Shown one piece after another: positions 12,961 to 26,500 of a DNA stretch of 64,000 nucleotides (its first letter is position 1; each line of letters opens with the position of its first letter). Origin of the DNA: Chrysomallon squamiferum (lineage: Eukaryota; Animalia; Mollusca); NCBI GenBank assembly GCA_012295275.1, contig CM022671.1:13020001-13084000 (forward strand), read 5' to 3'. The position numbers and the translations under genes were made by a program. Below the pieces are notes generated by a model, which saw only the letters and a list, made by a program, of their open reading frames with translations, was not told the origin of the DNA and did not search any database.

Positions 12961-15386
12961 GGGTCATTCCATGTCATAAAAATCGGAGATGGTCAGGTTT
13001 AACCCAATGGGTTAAACCTGACCATCTCCGATTTTTATGAAACTTGGTATACTTGTTGATTGGTATACTTGTTGTTATGGGCAATATCAGGAGAATGAAG
13101 TGGAATGTTTCAACCTGTCGTTATAATGTTACTGTAGCTGATGCTAGTTTTTTCTGTCCTTTCATTCGTTTACTGGAACATGCTAGTGAATGGAGTTTAA
13201 CAGGAGTTTCGCCTAAACTTGACGGGATATAATTCAAATCGGTCCTTTTCTGGGGAAACAACAACCAGTGGTTTGTCTGACAAGTTATCATCAAATTCTC
13301 TCATAGTAATACCACCCATACTAAAGCCATCCTCTCCTGGGTTTTGAACCTTTGATTTTTGAAGGCTGATCAAACAGTCACAGCACAACTTGTCTCCTAT
13401 CGCTAGTGTCTTTGGATTTACTAAGCATTTGTAAGTGCCCAATACTTAAAGATCTAGTGCATGCTTGCTTAGGATGGTGATTAAGGAGATCACAACACAT
13501 TTTCGGTAATGTTTAAAACTTGATTAAAAGTTCTTGTTCCTGATGTGAACACATGCTCTTGATGTCTCATGTTTTGATCCCACTTCGAAGAGTGAGGAGT
13601 TCGACTTCCTCAGTTTTCCATACACTTTGCAACAACTCCTTTTTGGTATGATAGTGTTGATAATACACATTTTCAGGAGAGTAAAAGCTGCAGTTAGTTC
13701 TGGAAGAAATAAGGATTTTCAGTATTGCCTATAACTTCAATATAAGAAAGTCAGTGCTTTCCTAAATATCAAATCAAACCCCGAAACCCTTTCAGTAAAG
13801 TTAAGCAGGTCATAAAATGGCAGCAGAGTACATGTGTCTTTGCCAAAGGCCCACAAGCCTTAGGCATTTAGGTCAAACTTTTCAAGTATAAGTCACAGTT
13901 TATCAAGGTGAAGTTAGACCTTGTTCATACTCTGTGCCGAAGACTGGGTATACAAATACATTATGCAGTACATCACTTGAAGTCTGATTTCAGACTGGGT
14001 TGTACTGTTGTTGACTGAAACCTTGTTCAAAACCATTGGCAAGGCCACATGACTTGATAAAATGACATAATAGGTTTTGTGAAGAAAACAATGGTTGCGT
14101 ATTAACATCTGACATTGTGTCCAACTTGAAAGCTTCAGATTGTCAAAGAAATGCAGATGAAGAAACTTCTTTGTCTTAAACTTCTAATTGCAATGTGCTC
14201 AATGGGGAATTCAACAGGGGATTTCAAGGAGTTCCTGACATGCCTGTTAACCCTTTGCGCCTGATTGTGTAGAACATGTCATGCCATTTGGCATCTTTTG
14301 ATATCCTTCAGGCATTCCTTCAGACATTCTCCTGAAAGTGACCCATCAGAAAAATCGGACCTTCATTTTTTCAGGAACATGTTGGAGGAGTTAAAAGAGA
14401 AATTCAACAAGTCCAAATCCTACTCAGAGTGTGTGCAAATCTTGACTTTGTCACCCTTTACCATTGAAAGGACAATAAATGAATTTAAAACAACAAATTA
14501 CTGTGTGAAAGCTGTGTGGTGAAGAAAGAAAGGGGTTCTATCCCTCTGTGATAAGAAACAAGGGAAAGTTCTGTCAAATGAATTGAAGCAGGAAATTGTC
14601 CAGTTTTATGAAAGTGACGAGAACAGTAGAATGTGTCTGGGAATGAAGGATACAGTGAGCATTTGAAACAAAGATGGTGAGAAGGTTAAACATCAGAAAC
14701 ACCTAGTTCTCTCAAATTTATGTGAACTTTATGCATACATATAGGCATACAATGTCTTACTCATTGACCAAAAGAGATGGTGATTCCTAGCATCCAGAAT
14801 TGATCATTCAGGTTTTAGTTAATCAGATGTTAATGGCAGAAAAGGTGCTATTTTCATGGATGTGCATTTTTTAAATCTATATTGTGGCTAAACAAAAAAT
14901 ATTACACCCAGGAAACGTTTATATGTTTTAGTTAACATGTGGGAGATTAAATTTCAATAAAAGTCATCTCAAGGTCACGTGATCAACACAGTCAATTTCA
15001 AGGTCATAACAAAGGTCAAAAGGTCAGTGACCCCCAAATTTTCCGAACTGAACAATAATGGCAGATTTGGAATCCTTGTCATATTGCCTTTTCAACAATA
15101 CCAATTTTATGAAGATTGGCCCCGTAGTTCCTGAGGTATGATGGTTTAAAAGTTGGTGATCACACCCATTTTTGCCAAAAATCTCAAAATTCGGGGGGCC
15201 ATATCACCCATACCACTGGTCTGATTGGCCTAAAATTTCAGATTTGGTGCTGTGGGATCTCAGTCAACAAGCATACCAAGTTTGTTATTTTTAATTCATT
15301 TATGGAATATTAATTAAAGTGCCAAAATCTGAGACGGTCGGGTTTAAATTAGTTTTTTTGGGGGGTGATTTGACATGGAATGACCC
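12961..15386 (+). mobile_element. Sola2-type DNA transposon, internally deleted and decayed
   Basis: TIRs GGGTCATTCCATGTCA...TGACATGGAATGACCC with a 4-bp TSD AAAG on both sides (12957-12960, 15387-15390). Carries a transposase relic. Confidence 0.85.
14240..14735 (+). pseudogene. Sola2 transposase N-terminal relic
   Basis: ...LEELKEKFNKSKSYSECVQILTLSP...KKQGKVLSNELKQEIVQFYESDENSRMCLGMKDTVSI*NKDGEKVKHQKHLVLSNLCELY. The FYESDExSRxxPGxKDxVS...QKRLxLxNLxELY pattern is typical of Sola2 transposases. Stops present; catalytic core deleted. Confidence 0.75.
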
Positions 15387-15888
15387 AAAGATATTATCAA
15401 ATGTTCATGAAATATGTAATATAATATTCTGGCAAAAAATGATGTTTTGAGCTTATTACAAAAAACAACTTATAATGTATTTCTGAAAACGATAATACTT
15501 TGCACACACATCTAAAGTTGTTGTTAATTTTGGTGCACTTAAAACTGTTTTCTAGATAGATAAGTTAGATGTTCATTTGAGAGTGTATATAGGTGTGTTT
15601 CTGTATGTATTTCTTTTTTCTTTCTTTTTTGATTCTTTCATATTCTTCAATTCTCTTTTCAAATGCACCTTTTTCATTGATTTATTACTTTCCTTTTTTT
15701 CTTGTTAATAAGCTGATTTGTTACAAATATATTTAATTAATTAGACATTTTTACTTTATTATTTTAAAATTTTAAAAATATAACCAGTTTTTATGCAACT
15801 AGACAATAATAGCTTTTAAAACTCTTAAAGTTTTAAAAACTATTTCATTTTTTGTTTTATAGTTGTTATATTTATATAACATTTTTAA

Positions 15889-16129
15889 CACTTTCGATGC
15901 TGGGCATTTGGGGTATTTTCGAAATTGAAACAAGTTTCTTCTCGTATTTGCTGTGATTTTCTGAATGCTAGGGAAGCCTGTAGTAGATCAATAATTGCCT
16001 ACGTCAGCACTGTGAGTCATGTCACTAATGTGCAGCAATTTTAAAAGTATGACAGAGATCACCATCATTCAGCACCCTATCGTATACATACTGTGTTGTG
16101 GAGATCTCTGTCATTCAGCACCAAAGGTG
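15889..16129. mobile_element. piggyBac-like MITE
   Basis: TTAA|CACTTTCGATGCTG ... CAGCACCAAAGGTG|TTAA, plus an internal 12-bp inverted repeat ATGACAGAGATC/GATCTCTGTCAT. Confidence 0.7.
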
Positions 16130-16169
16130 TTAAGAATATTAATAGCTTTTATATATCTGACCAGAAGTA

Positions 16170-16706
16170 CTGTAAGTCCAAGCCATTAAGCCAATTTTGA
16201 GTCAGTATTTTTACCCTTATTTTTTGAGGTTGGCTTAATGGACGATGTTGCAGTGTCATGAAATCCAGACATCAACAGAAGAAATTAGCAACTGTTTATA
16301 TGCTGAAAGACATGAAGTCATAATTGAAGAATGTCAACAACTCATGCAGTCACAGAGTGGAAATACAAGTGAAACAAGATGATAATAATTCATGGCTTTA
16401 TCAAGAAAATAAGTTGCCTCAGTCTATTGATAGTATATGGTACATTTTGGTCTGAGGTACAAATTATGAAAACAAATCATTTCAATTTAATAAAAAAAAA
16501 ATTTCAGTAATTTTATTATCATTTCATAACGAAATCTTGTCTTTTAAATACTTTTCACTTTTCCCATGATGATACTTTCTGGTTCACTGGAATGATGTTC
16601 ATTGATGCTTCTTGCTATTACCTGCATTCAAAATGTTTGATATCACCCGAAAATAATGCAGAGAAAAATTAAGTAAATTAGGTCGACTTAATGGATGTTA
16701 ATACTG
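16170..16706. mobile_element. Tc1/mariner-pogo-like MITE
   Basis: TA|CTGTAAGTCCAAGCCATTAAGCC ... GTCGACTTAATGGATGTTAATACTG|TA: imperfect TIRs with TA TSD, and an internal GGCTTAATGGA copy. Confidence 0.55.
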
Positions 16707-17406
16707 TAAGATGTGATGTTACAGGTATAGAAATCTACTCAGCTTAATTGCTGGGATCTAAAATAGTATCTATTTAACAAATATCCAGGAAAAATAATTT
16801 TTAAAATTTTTGTCTCATTTAAAACATTAAAAAAAACAAAAATATATATATATATATATTTATTCACCTACAAATTGTGATTATCATACACGGACGTGAT
16901 ATGTGACAAATTAAAACATTGCTATCTGTGATCATTCACATTTTATTTCAATTTCTTGTTAATGTTTACACTTTGAGCAAGTTTTTTTTTATTGGCTTTA
17001 TCTTGTTAACTGTAATTAGTGCAAGACTGAATTGTGAGAGCCAGCCCTTCTAATAATGACAATCTTTTGTTCAGAACCTGTGTCTAATCTTGACAGTCCT
17101 TAATTAGGAACTCTTCAAGGCAGTCACTTCTTTCCCCTCCACTGTGCACTGTTCTAACACTAGAAAGGAAACTGTATCCTACAAAAAGGGTGTAGCTAAC
17201 AAACAGAAGAATTTTTGATACCGTGGTGAGTTTTGGTCAGATTAAAGGATATTAGTAATACATGAAGCATGATTTGTCCAGTGACCAACACAATGGCTAT
17301 GAATATTAATCAGAAAGATTGATGTTTCTTCTTGCAAGGCGCAAGATGCAACCCTGTTAGCCATCTGTCTTTATGTTTCATTCACAAGCTTCTGTTTTCT
17401 TGTCAG

Positions 17407-17517
17407 CACTGTGGCAAGTACAACAAGGCAGCCGATGAACAGGAGACAGAATTCACAGTGACACTACAGCGTGACAACACTGGTTCTTTAGGATTCAACA
17501 TAATGGGTGGCTTTACA
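17407..17517 (+). CDS. PDZRN3/4: PDZ domain exon (betaA-GLGF loop-betaB) of a PDZRN3/PDZRN4 (LNX3/4, Slip1)-like protein
   Basis: ttctgttttcttgtCAG|HCGKYNKAADEQETEFTVTLQRDNTGSLGFNIMGGFT|GTAAGT; 111 nt, phase 0. Resembles PDZRN3 PDZ1 LVLHRDSGSLGFNIIGG (from recall). Confidence 0.88.
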
Positions 17518-20500
17518 GTAAGTTTCTTTTTAATATCCTTTTTTCTTTCTCAGTGTTGTTTTCTTTTATGTCAGTATCTGTTGTTATAGTGACAAGAGAG
17601 CAAATAGTAGTTGATAGAAACATCAAAGAAAATCTGATTTTCCATGAATCTGTTAGCTGACAGGTGGAGCTGAGGTCCTCTCTTGATATAATGTTTTGTA
17701 AACAACACTTTAAGCACACCTCTGTACAATACAAAATGCTCTGTGTAATGTTTGATATTTTTGTGGTGATTTTGTTTTGTTCTTTGCAGCTTGTTTGTAA
17801 GAATAGTTTTAGTTTATGTTGCTTGTACTGAGTGATTCTTTTTTTTGTACTGCATACCCCATGTATATATTTATATAAAAAAAAAAAAAAATTGAAGAAT
17901 AAGATAAAAGGAAGAAGCCTGGTTTATTTGATGCAAAAAATGGAGATTTTAAATTTAATAATAAACACGTACAATTTTCTTTTTTAATATAAGTAAACCA
18001 ACAAAGTTATTCTATTTATATTTTGTAATATTAATAACAAAAATAAGTAAATAAATCATAAAATCATATAATCAAACAAATGTTAATATCTAGATTCACT
18101 AAGATATCATTAAACAGTTTATTAATTCATTCATTCATTTGTTATTTTTAATTCATTTATGGAATATTAATTAAAGTGCCAAAAAAATAAATATACAATT
18201 ATAATTTTAAAATAAAACAAATAATAATTAAACAAAAAAAATTAAAATTAAAACTTAAAAAATAATAACAAAAATAAATAAATAAATAACATATATGGTG
18301 ACCTTTACAACATTCAGTCCATGTAACTTGAATGGACGTCTTCATTGTTTTCACAATAGAAACGCTCACTTTTTAGGAGTTCAAAATAGTTTTATATATA
18401 CTGTAATTAGTTTTATTTCTTTTGTTTTTTATCCACAATGTTGCCATATATAGAACATTTTTAAATGTATTTTATTCTAGCATAAATCTGCAACATTTTA
18501 AAATGATGTATTAATATCCTTCTGTTATTACTACTATTATTTATTTATTATTATTATTTTTTTAAATCATAATCTCTTTTTACAGTTGTCTAGACCTCAT
18601 TTTTACAGTACTGATTGATATAGCAGACTGCAAGATCCGTTCTCCTTCATTCATCCATTGGATTATTTTTCCATTCCAACTGTTGCTCATAAATAGTGTA
18701 TTTTCTGTCTATGAAAATATACATTAAAAAAGATACATAGTTGCTTGACTCCAGAAGTCCGCAGGATGTATATTTTGTGTTACATATATTGTTTTATCCA
18801 TTTTTACTACTTTTTACTTGAATATTAATCTGTGATTCTATCTGTGATATGTATAAAACTGGTTATTGTATTTAACTTCATATAATATGACATATTTCTG
18901 GATTACATATATTATTTTACTGCTAGTTTGTAACCCTCATCATGGAATATAATATGTGATTCTCTGAGTGGCATATTCCATGTATTACACAGGTAATTGT
19001 ATTTAATTTTGTATCACAGTTTAACTGTATTCACTGGTGTTGTATTAAACATATCACTTGCAACTGTAGTCTAGAAAATTGTCATGTGACATATTTCACA
19101 AGAGTTAATAATCTCTCTTTCTATTGAGTTATACAGTGTTGATAGCCATGATATCTAGGTAAGAATGTGACTAATGAGGCCAGCACTGGGGAGCAGAGGG
19201 TCTGTCTTTAGGCCAGCTGGTTCAAAGAAATACAGTATATCAGTTTGATATCTTGAAATACTGAAGATACCATAACGAGAGAGTGCATGACCTGAGAAAA
19301 AAAGATTCACCGGATTTATGTTTGCTTAACTATTTTATCACTAAAGTCTTGAAAATTCTGAATTCTGCTCCTTCTTTTTTCTCTTTTTCTTTATAAACTC
19401 ATCACTGGAAATGGAACATTGTCAGTTTGTAATACAAATTATGTGTCTTTATGTATGTAATCATTATACATTTCTTTATCAATTTTCTAAAATATGTTGC
19501 ATTTATATTATAAATAAATAATAGGATAATTAACCACTGATATTTTTCTAAACAGAGTACCACTTGATGATGAGCATTTAGCTTCACCTAATGCTTTATT
19601 ATACAACCTTCCACTTATTTGACTTGATTTAGATCTGATCACATGCGCATATTATTTCTACAAATCTAACCATAAATATTCATGTCTCAAATATATTTAC
19701 ACTTGTATTCTGGTTTTTATTTATACAGTATTTAATTATCAATGAATGACTTCTTCACTAATTATAGTGTTATTAACATGAACACAAAAATGTTAGTTAC
19801 TCATTTACATTGATAAATATCTGCTTCTATACATAAACAAAGTAATGCTCTGGTTTTTCTCTCTCTTCTTCATTTCTTTCTCTATTTCATCTCTCTCATT
19901 TCCCTTTGCTATTTTTCTTTGTTTATTCTTTGATTATGTGGCTTTTATTTTCTTTCTTTCTTATGTCCTCTGTTTCAGTGTATTTCTCTTTTTCTCTGTC
20001 ACCCTACATTTTCTTTAGAAGTCTTTATTACCTGTATTTATTTTGCTTTCTTTCATTAATTTAATGGTGTTGAGTATCACAAAGCTGCAGAGGTCTTAAC
20101 ATTACAGATTTATTCATGATTATCAAGTAAGTAATCACTCTTGGCCAGCAGATCAGTCCATTTTAATGCAGTGGCCATTGGCAATCAGTAGCCCACTAAA
20201 TGAGTGCAATAAAGCTTTGCAGAGCAAGTAACTAAATTATATTAACGTCAGAATGGGCTTTCCTTACAACAAATTGTTAGTGATACTATGTATCCTATAT
20301 AATGGCAGTTAATGATCATATGATTATTTCTAAATTACCTGCATGTATAGTTATATCTTGATGGAGAGATACAATTATAAAGACTCAAACTGGCAACTGA
20401 ATATATTTTACTGAATGTTTTTATACACCAAAATTATTATTTTAATATAAACATACTCATTAGGTTTTTATTATGACAGTACCTTTTTATCACAATTAAT

Positions 20501-23500
20501 AAATACATTTCTTGTCATGTTGAAAAATTATATTTTACATATAATTTACAAACAGATATTTGTAAACACATACACAAACACTCACACACACCACACACTA
20601 AATACACATACATGTGCAAACATATAGGCTATATATAACTACATTCTTAGAGACCAAAACATTTATATTGTATCTCCACTTATAATTTAGATATTTATTC
20701 TTGTAAATACTTAAATAGCTGTAATTTTCTTATGATTCATTCATCTTATGACTTCTCTAATATCAGTATATTAAATACAAAGAAAAATGATGATACTATC
20801 AGCCAAACCCTGTTTGGTTTTCCCTTAACCAACAACACATCCTTCGTTTAACTGAACCATTATTAAACTGTTTTTGTCTCACCAATCTGGGACCTTGTGC
20901 CAGGCAGGCTTCCTATTAGTGGTGAATAATTTTGCTTCTTTGTGAAATTTCATCATGATTTATCACTGTAAAAGACCTCACCATAGCATATGATTTCCAA
21001 AAGCAGCATTAAGGCTGCAGTGTTGTGTCTCAATAAATGAAAACATTTTGGTCTTTATTATTATTATTTTCTTTTTTTTTTTTTTTAGCTGCAAGCCAAA
21101 TTCTAATTTAACATAAAACATTATACAAAATAATTTTTATTACTACTTTCTCTCTCTCTCTCACATACACATAAAATGGAGGAAAAAAAGGGGAAAAAAA
21201 GCATTACATATAAATTTGCTGATGGGCACTATTCTAATAGGAAAATTTCATTAATAGCAAAATATTAATGTTATCTCTTTAAAATTTTAACCATTGAAAA
21301 AAAAAGAATTTCAAGCTGAAAAGCTATAAACATATGTAGTTGTCAATATTTTAAAAGCTAGCAATTTACTGATTATTGCTTATGACTCAAGAAAATATAA
21401 ACCATTTTAGTAACTTAAAAAACCTTTTTTATTGATTATAATTGATTTAAACATTAAAAAATATCAGGGAAGGAGTAAAAATGTAATGAGATAATTTTCT
21501 CACTGGGAGACAGCAAGTTGATGATATTTGGCTTTTTAGATGATTGTCATTTTGATTATCACATCTGCATGGGGTTGACTACAACTTGTATTTGTCAAGT
21601 AATCTGGCACATTTCCTAGTATTTGTCCTCGTTGAATTTGCCTAAACACAATCTCCTTACTTCCATGTAATTACCACAATGTAATATTGGTCCAGGGTCT
21701 CAGAAAACTAAAAGATCAAAGGATCAAATCTATTTGCAGTTTCAAAGATGCCAAACACATACAACTCTTCTGCAAACAAATAAAGTTTCTCTAAGCAGTT
21801 TGGCTGTTTGCTATCCTTTGTGAAATAAACCTGCACTTTTTATCATAATGATATTCATCTCGAAGGCAGGCAGAAAGGTTAAATGTATGTGTCTGGTGTA
21901 CAAATTGACCAGTTTTTGTATCATTTGATCTCTGTTTTGATTACCTGGTTTTTTTTTTGTGAAACTAGACAACAGCAAAATATACATAGGTGAAATGAGT
22001 CAGTTTTAACAATCACCTTGGCATGGTTTCTCAGTCTGTTGTTTGAACATGGATTTCCTAGGACAGCAGATATAGTTCTTTGTTAGCTCTGGCTGTGTTG
22101 TAGAGTTTAAAATTTAGTACTGACTTGAAGGAAAAGGACACTGCACCTGTCATTCAGCACAAAATGTATATGGTGATATCAACAAATAATCTATTTTTAA
22201 ATATATTATATATATATAATTTAAAAAATATACACAGCTTATTGTTTTATTTGTCCTCAACAATAACCTTTGTTAATAATAAAGTATAACACCAATGTAA
22301 CAGACCTTGGATGATGTATGGAGATTGGTGTTTTTTTCTTTTTGTGATGTTGTTATGTGTGAGAAAAAATAGTCAAACCTGTTTTCATACTGTAGTATTA
22401 TCAATGATATGTGTGAACGATATGTATATGCTTTGTACAACTCTTCAAATATATCTTGCATTGGCACAACCTCTTATAAACCAACCTCAGGATATAGCAA
22501 TATTTGGCATATTTCAGACCAAAAAAAAAATAAATAAATAAAAAAATAAGAAGAATTATACACAAAAAAAATCAGTTGATAAATAAATAAATTTAAATTT
22601 AAATTATGTCTAAAATCTGTTCCATAATAAAGATGAAGTGTATTATTGTTTTAATAATAACTAAACCAACAACAACAATAATAATAATGTGTCATGAACA
22701 TAACATCTGATACTACAAGACAGTTCTAACTATAACAGGCTTCTCTTCTTGTTTTAATACCAACATTTAAGAAAAGACCACCTATTCCTTAGACAAAAGT
22801 TGCCCAGTGGATTTGCAATGTAGGACAAAAAATATATATTTTTTTGTTTTTTTACAAATAACCACTTTATTAAATCATACATACTATATATCATTATCAA
22901 AATATGTATTAAAATAGCTTGATTATCAATTTAATGTGTTTGTTTGATCAAAATAATTAATTACTATGAAATAACTATGATAATAATCACAATGAAGATG
23001 AAAGATACAATTTGAAGAGAATATTTATACACAGTCATATGACATGAATTGAGATAATGTACCATGGTACATGTTGGGAATTTTGCCATTTTAAAAGTGA
23101 TCATGTTAGAATAATTTCAGTTATCTAATTTGTTGTTGTTTTGCAAATGTATTTTTTTCAATATTAGTTATTGTTCTCATTTATTGTTACTAATTGTTGC
23201 ATTTATTTCTGTCAAAACCATTGAAAGCTTGTGATTTGTTTTTCATTAATTAATTGTGGTTTAGTCCCAAGTGGGATTTCAACCCATAGTTTTGCATGAC
23301 AGCTAGCTATTAATAAAGCATGATTTAGAAACTATCATATATATCAGTGTAGAAATGTTGAATATATAATTTGTTTTCTTTGACACAAAATGTCCCGTTG
23401 TAATGAATTTTGTATTATTACTATATTATGTGCAATTTTTACGTATATTTGTGTGTATGAATGTGTGTATATGCATGTATACTTGAAAAAAAGAATGTAT

Positions 23501-26500
23501 TTATGTTTGTAACTATATATGTAGCTACCTGTATGTTTGCAAGTGTAGTATGTTTGTAATTATTTTTTTTAAAAACAAAAGAACAACAAAAAATCTGCAT
23601 ATTTTAACTCTGTAATAATATAATACATAAAAATCAAATATGTATATCTAAAATTAAATAATTATATTATCAACTGAAATATTTAGATAGAAAAGTATTT
23701 CACATAATACCAAATAACACTGTTACATAAAAATACTATTTTAGAAATAGAAACCAAGGAATGGTTAAATAGCTCCTATTGACACAAACTGTGCCAGCAG
23801 TGCCTGTCATGCTGATATACTGATTGCCTTGCCGCCTGTCACTGAAGTGCTTTGTCACAATGAAAGTGACTTTTCTTTGATGTTCAATTGAGATGCCATG
23901 CGTGATATTAAAAATTTGCCAATAATACCATGTCTATCAATCATGGTGTCAGTCCCATGAATGAGCATGTTGGATCTAATAAAAAGCATCAGGCAGAGAC
24001 TAGCAAAAGGCAGTCGATGGTGACAGGCGATGCAATAATTTATACACAACCTCCATTTCTTCTGTACATGATGGATGCCAAAGTATTATGTCTTAGGAAC
24101 AAAGATGGCTAAAATAGTAATATTAATAATAATAATAAAAAGAAATAGGAATAAAAATTGGACTGAAATATATGTAATATTTTTAGTAGTAAGAGCAATT
24201 CTGAAAATAAAAACTGTTAAAAGGTTAGCAAAGTTGAAAAAAAGGTAAAATAATCAAATGTAGTCAAACTGCAAAAATAGATTGAATTTCTGGGTCTTTG
24301 AATATTTGAATATTAAATGTTAACCGTAGTTCTGGGGACATCTCCTTCCTATGGCAGTAATGACATTACTAATTACACCTTATGGAATGGTTGCCCACAC
24401 TGTCTGTAGTAATAATGCCAACTGAGCACAATTCTGTGGCTGTGGTTGATGCATTTTTTTTAACTAAAAGAAAGTGTATCCTTATATTATTAAATGCTCC
24501 TGTTATTATATTTTATATTGAGAACTAAATTTTAAATAACATTCTTCAATAAAAACTTTTTTAATCCATGTTGATAAAGTAATTGAGGTGATATTGTTTT
24601 CCGTAGCATTTGTTTTTAGTTTTTACTTCTGCCTCCATCTACGTTAAAACTTTGCATTTTGTCTTTTTATTTTTCATAGCCAACTTTGCTTTCTGTCTCC
24701 AGTCAGGTTATATGCCCCATTGCTTGGATAACATGAAAGCAGAACTTGTATTATCAGCCAATCTGGCTATCCTAAAGTTATCAGGTCCTTCACCAGATTC
24801 CTGGGACACAGTTTCTGACAAAATTTAATGACTGTTAATGTGTAAAACATTAACTAAAATTTAAACAGCAAATAGCATGTTTGACACAATACATTCATTT
24901 GTAAGTAAAATAAGCATCAATGAGTGAACTTTATCACTTAACTACAAAAGTCTTTGAAGTCCTCTGGTATTATGTATTATGTAAAGAGGCCCCACAGTGT
25001 AAAAACAGATTTTAAAAGCAGGCATATTTCCTTTGGCTTAATCATTGGCCCATTGTTCTGCATTTACCAAGGGAAACAAAAACCTTGACTGGATCGTGTT
25101 TAATTTTAAGATTGGAATTTTTGAAGGCTAATTTCATTTAAATCTGTAGAATTGAATAACTTTGAATTAATAAAGGTAAACTGATGTATCAACATTTTAC
25201 TATTTGTCGGTCATTATTTTTAACATGACAGATCGACGTTCTAGAGAAGTAGACACTCAAGTTATCCATATTTAACTGTTAATTAGAAAATGTATATAAA
25301 CACATTCTAAAAATTATCTAAATATTTTTACATTCGAATATTTATAATTTTATTTTCAGAATGCCATTATATTTATGAGGGGGAAAAATGTAATATTAGA
25401 ATGTAAATATATTTATTTCATTTTTGAATGTGTTTTTTTTGTTCTGTAGTCAAATTATAGGTAAACTTCTATTTAATAATAGCAATTCAGAGTTAAAAAT
25501 ATATTTTCACTGATTGTATATTAAATGTTTAGAGAGAACAGAATTATTTTCAACAACAAAAACATTAATATCATTAATATAATTTCACAAAGCATGTATT
25601 AAACATTCATAGATAGAATAACTGCTTTAAATATTTGATGTCACAAAATGCCCTTTATCATCATAATAAATACTTAAGAATATAATTTCACAAAACATAC
25701 TGAACCATTCGAATTTCAAAAAACATCCATTAAAAGATTTAATAGCACAATATTTAAAATAAAATAGCTTCTGAAAAGATCATATTCATAAAACATGCAT
25801 TACACCTGAATAAAGCAAAGCAGTTTTAGATTAAAAAAAAAAATCTTCCATAATCCAGACCATTTCCAAATTTTTTAAATTTTTTTTAAATATAATACTT
25901 GTTTTTTATTTTGTATTCTTTGTTGCTGAGGTTCACAATACATTGGAAAGGTCATCAGCATGGTGCAGTATTTCTTTTTTGAAGCTAATGGAGGAACATG
26001 AGTGGTAATAGCTGTCTTTTGTATGTTTAAATTGCACCATGGTTGAGCTTGGGAGACAATAAACAGCTGACTGTCAATCTAATCAAAGGCAGTGCTGGTT
26101 AGACCATTGTTGTTGAAAAAATTCACACCCTCAAGGCATAAATGTGCATTTGATGCATTCCTGACCAAGTGTCATATATAGACAACAGTAGTACTAGTAG
26201 ATTTTTTTGTGAAAGAGAAAAATAACATGCATCTCAGATTGTTGTATTGCCTAAACTGAGATAAATAAAAACAAAAACAAATGTATTATTGATATTTTGT
26301 AACCAGCATTACTAATACACCAATTTTTTTTTTCTTGATTTTATATTTGTTTCATTTTCATTTTGCTTTTTCTCATATTTCATCACTTCAGACAACATGT
26401 TCTTAGTGTAGAATTTCCAGCACAAATTACTTGTAAGCAATTTCATTAAAAGGATATACTAAAAGAGTTACAAATTTAATGTTTTTTTAAACTAGAATAT

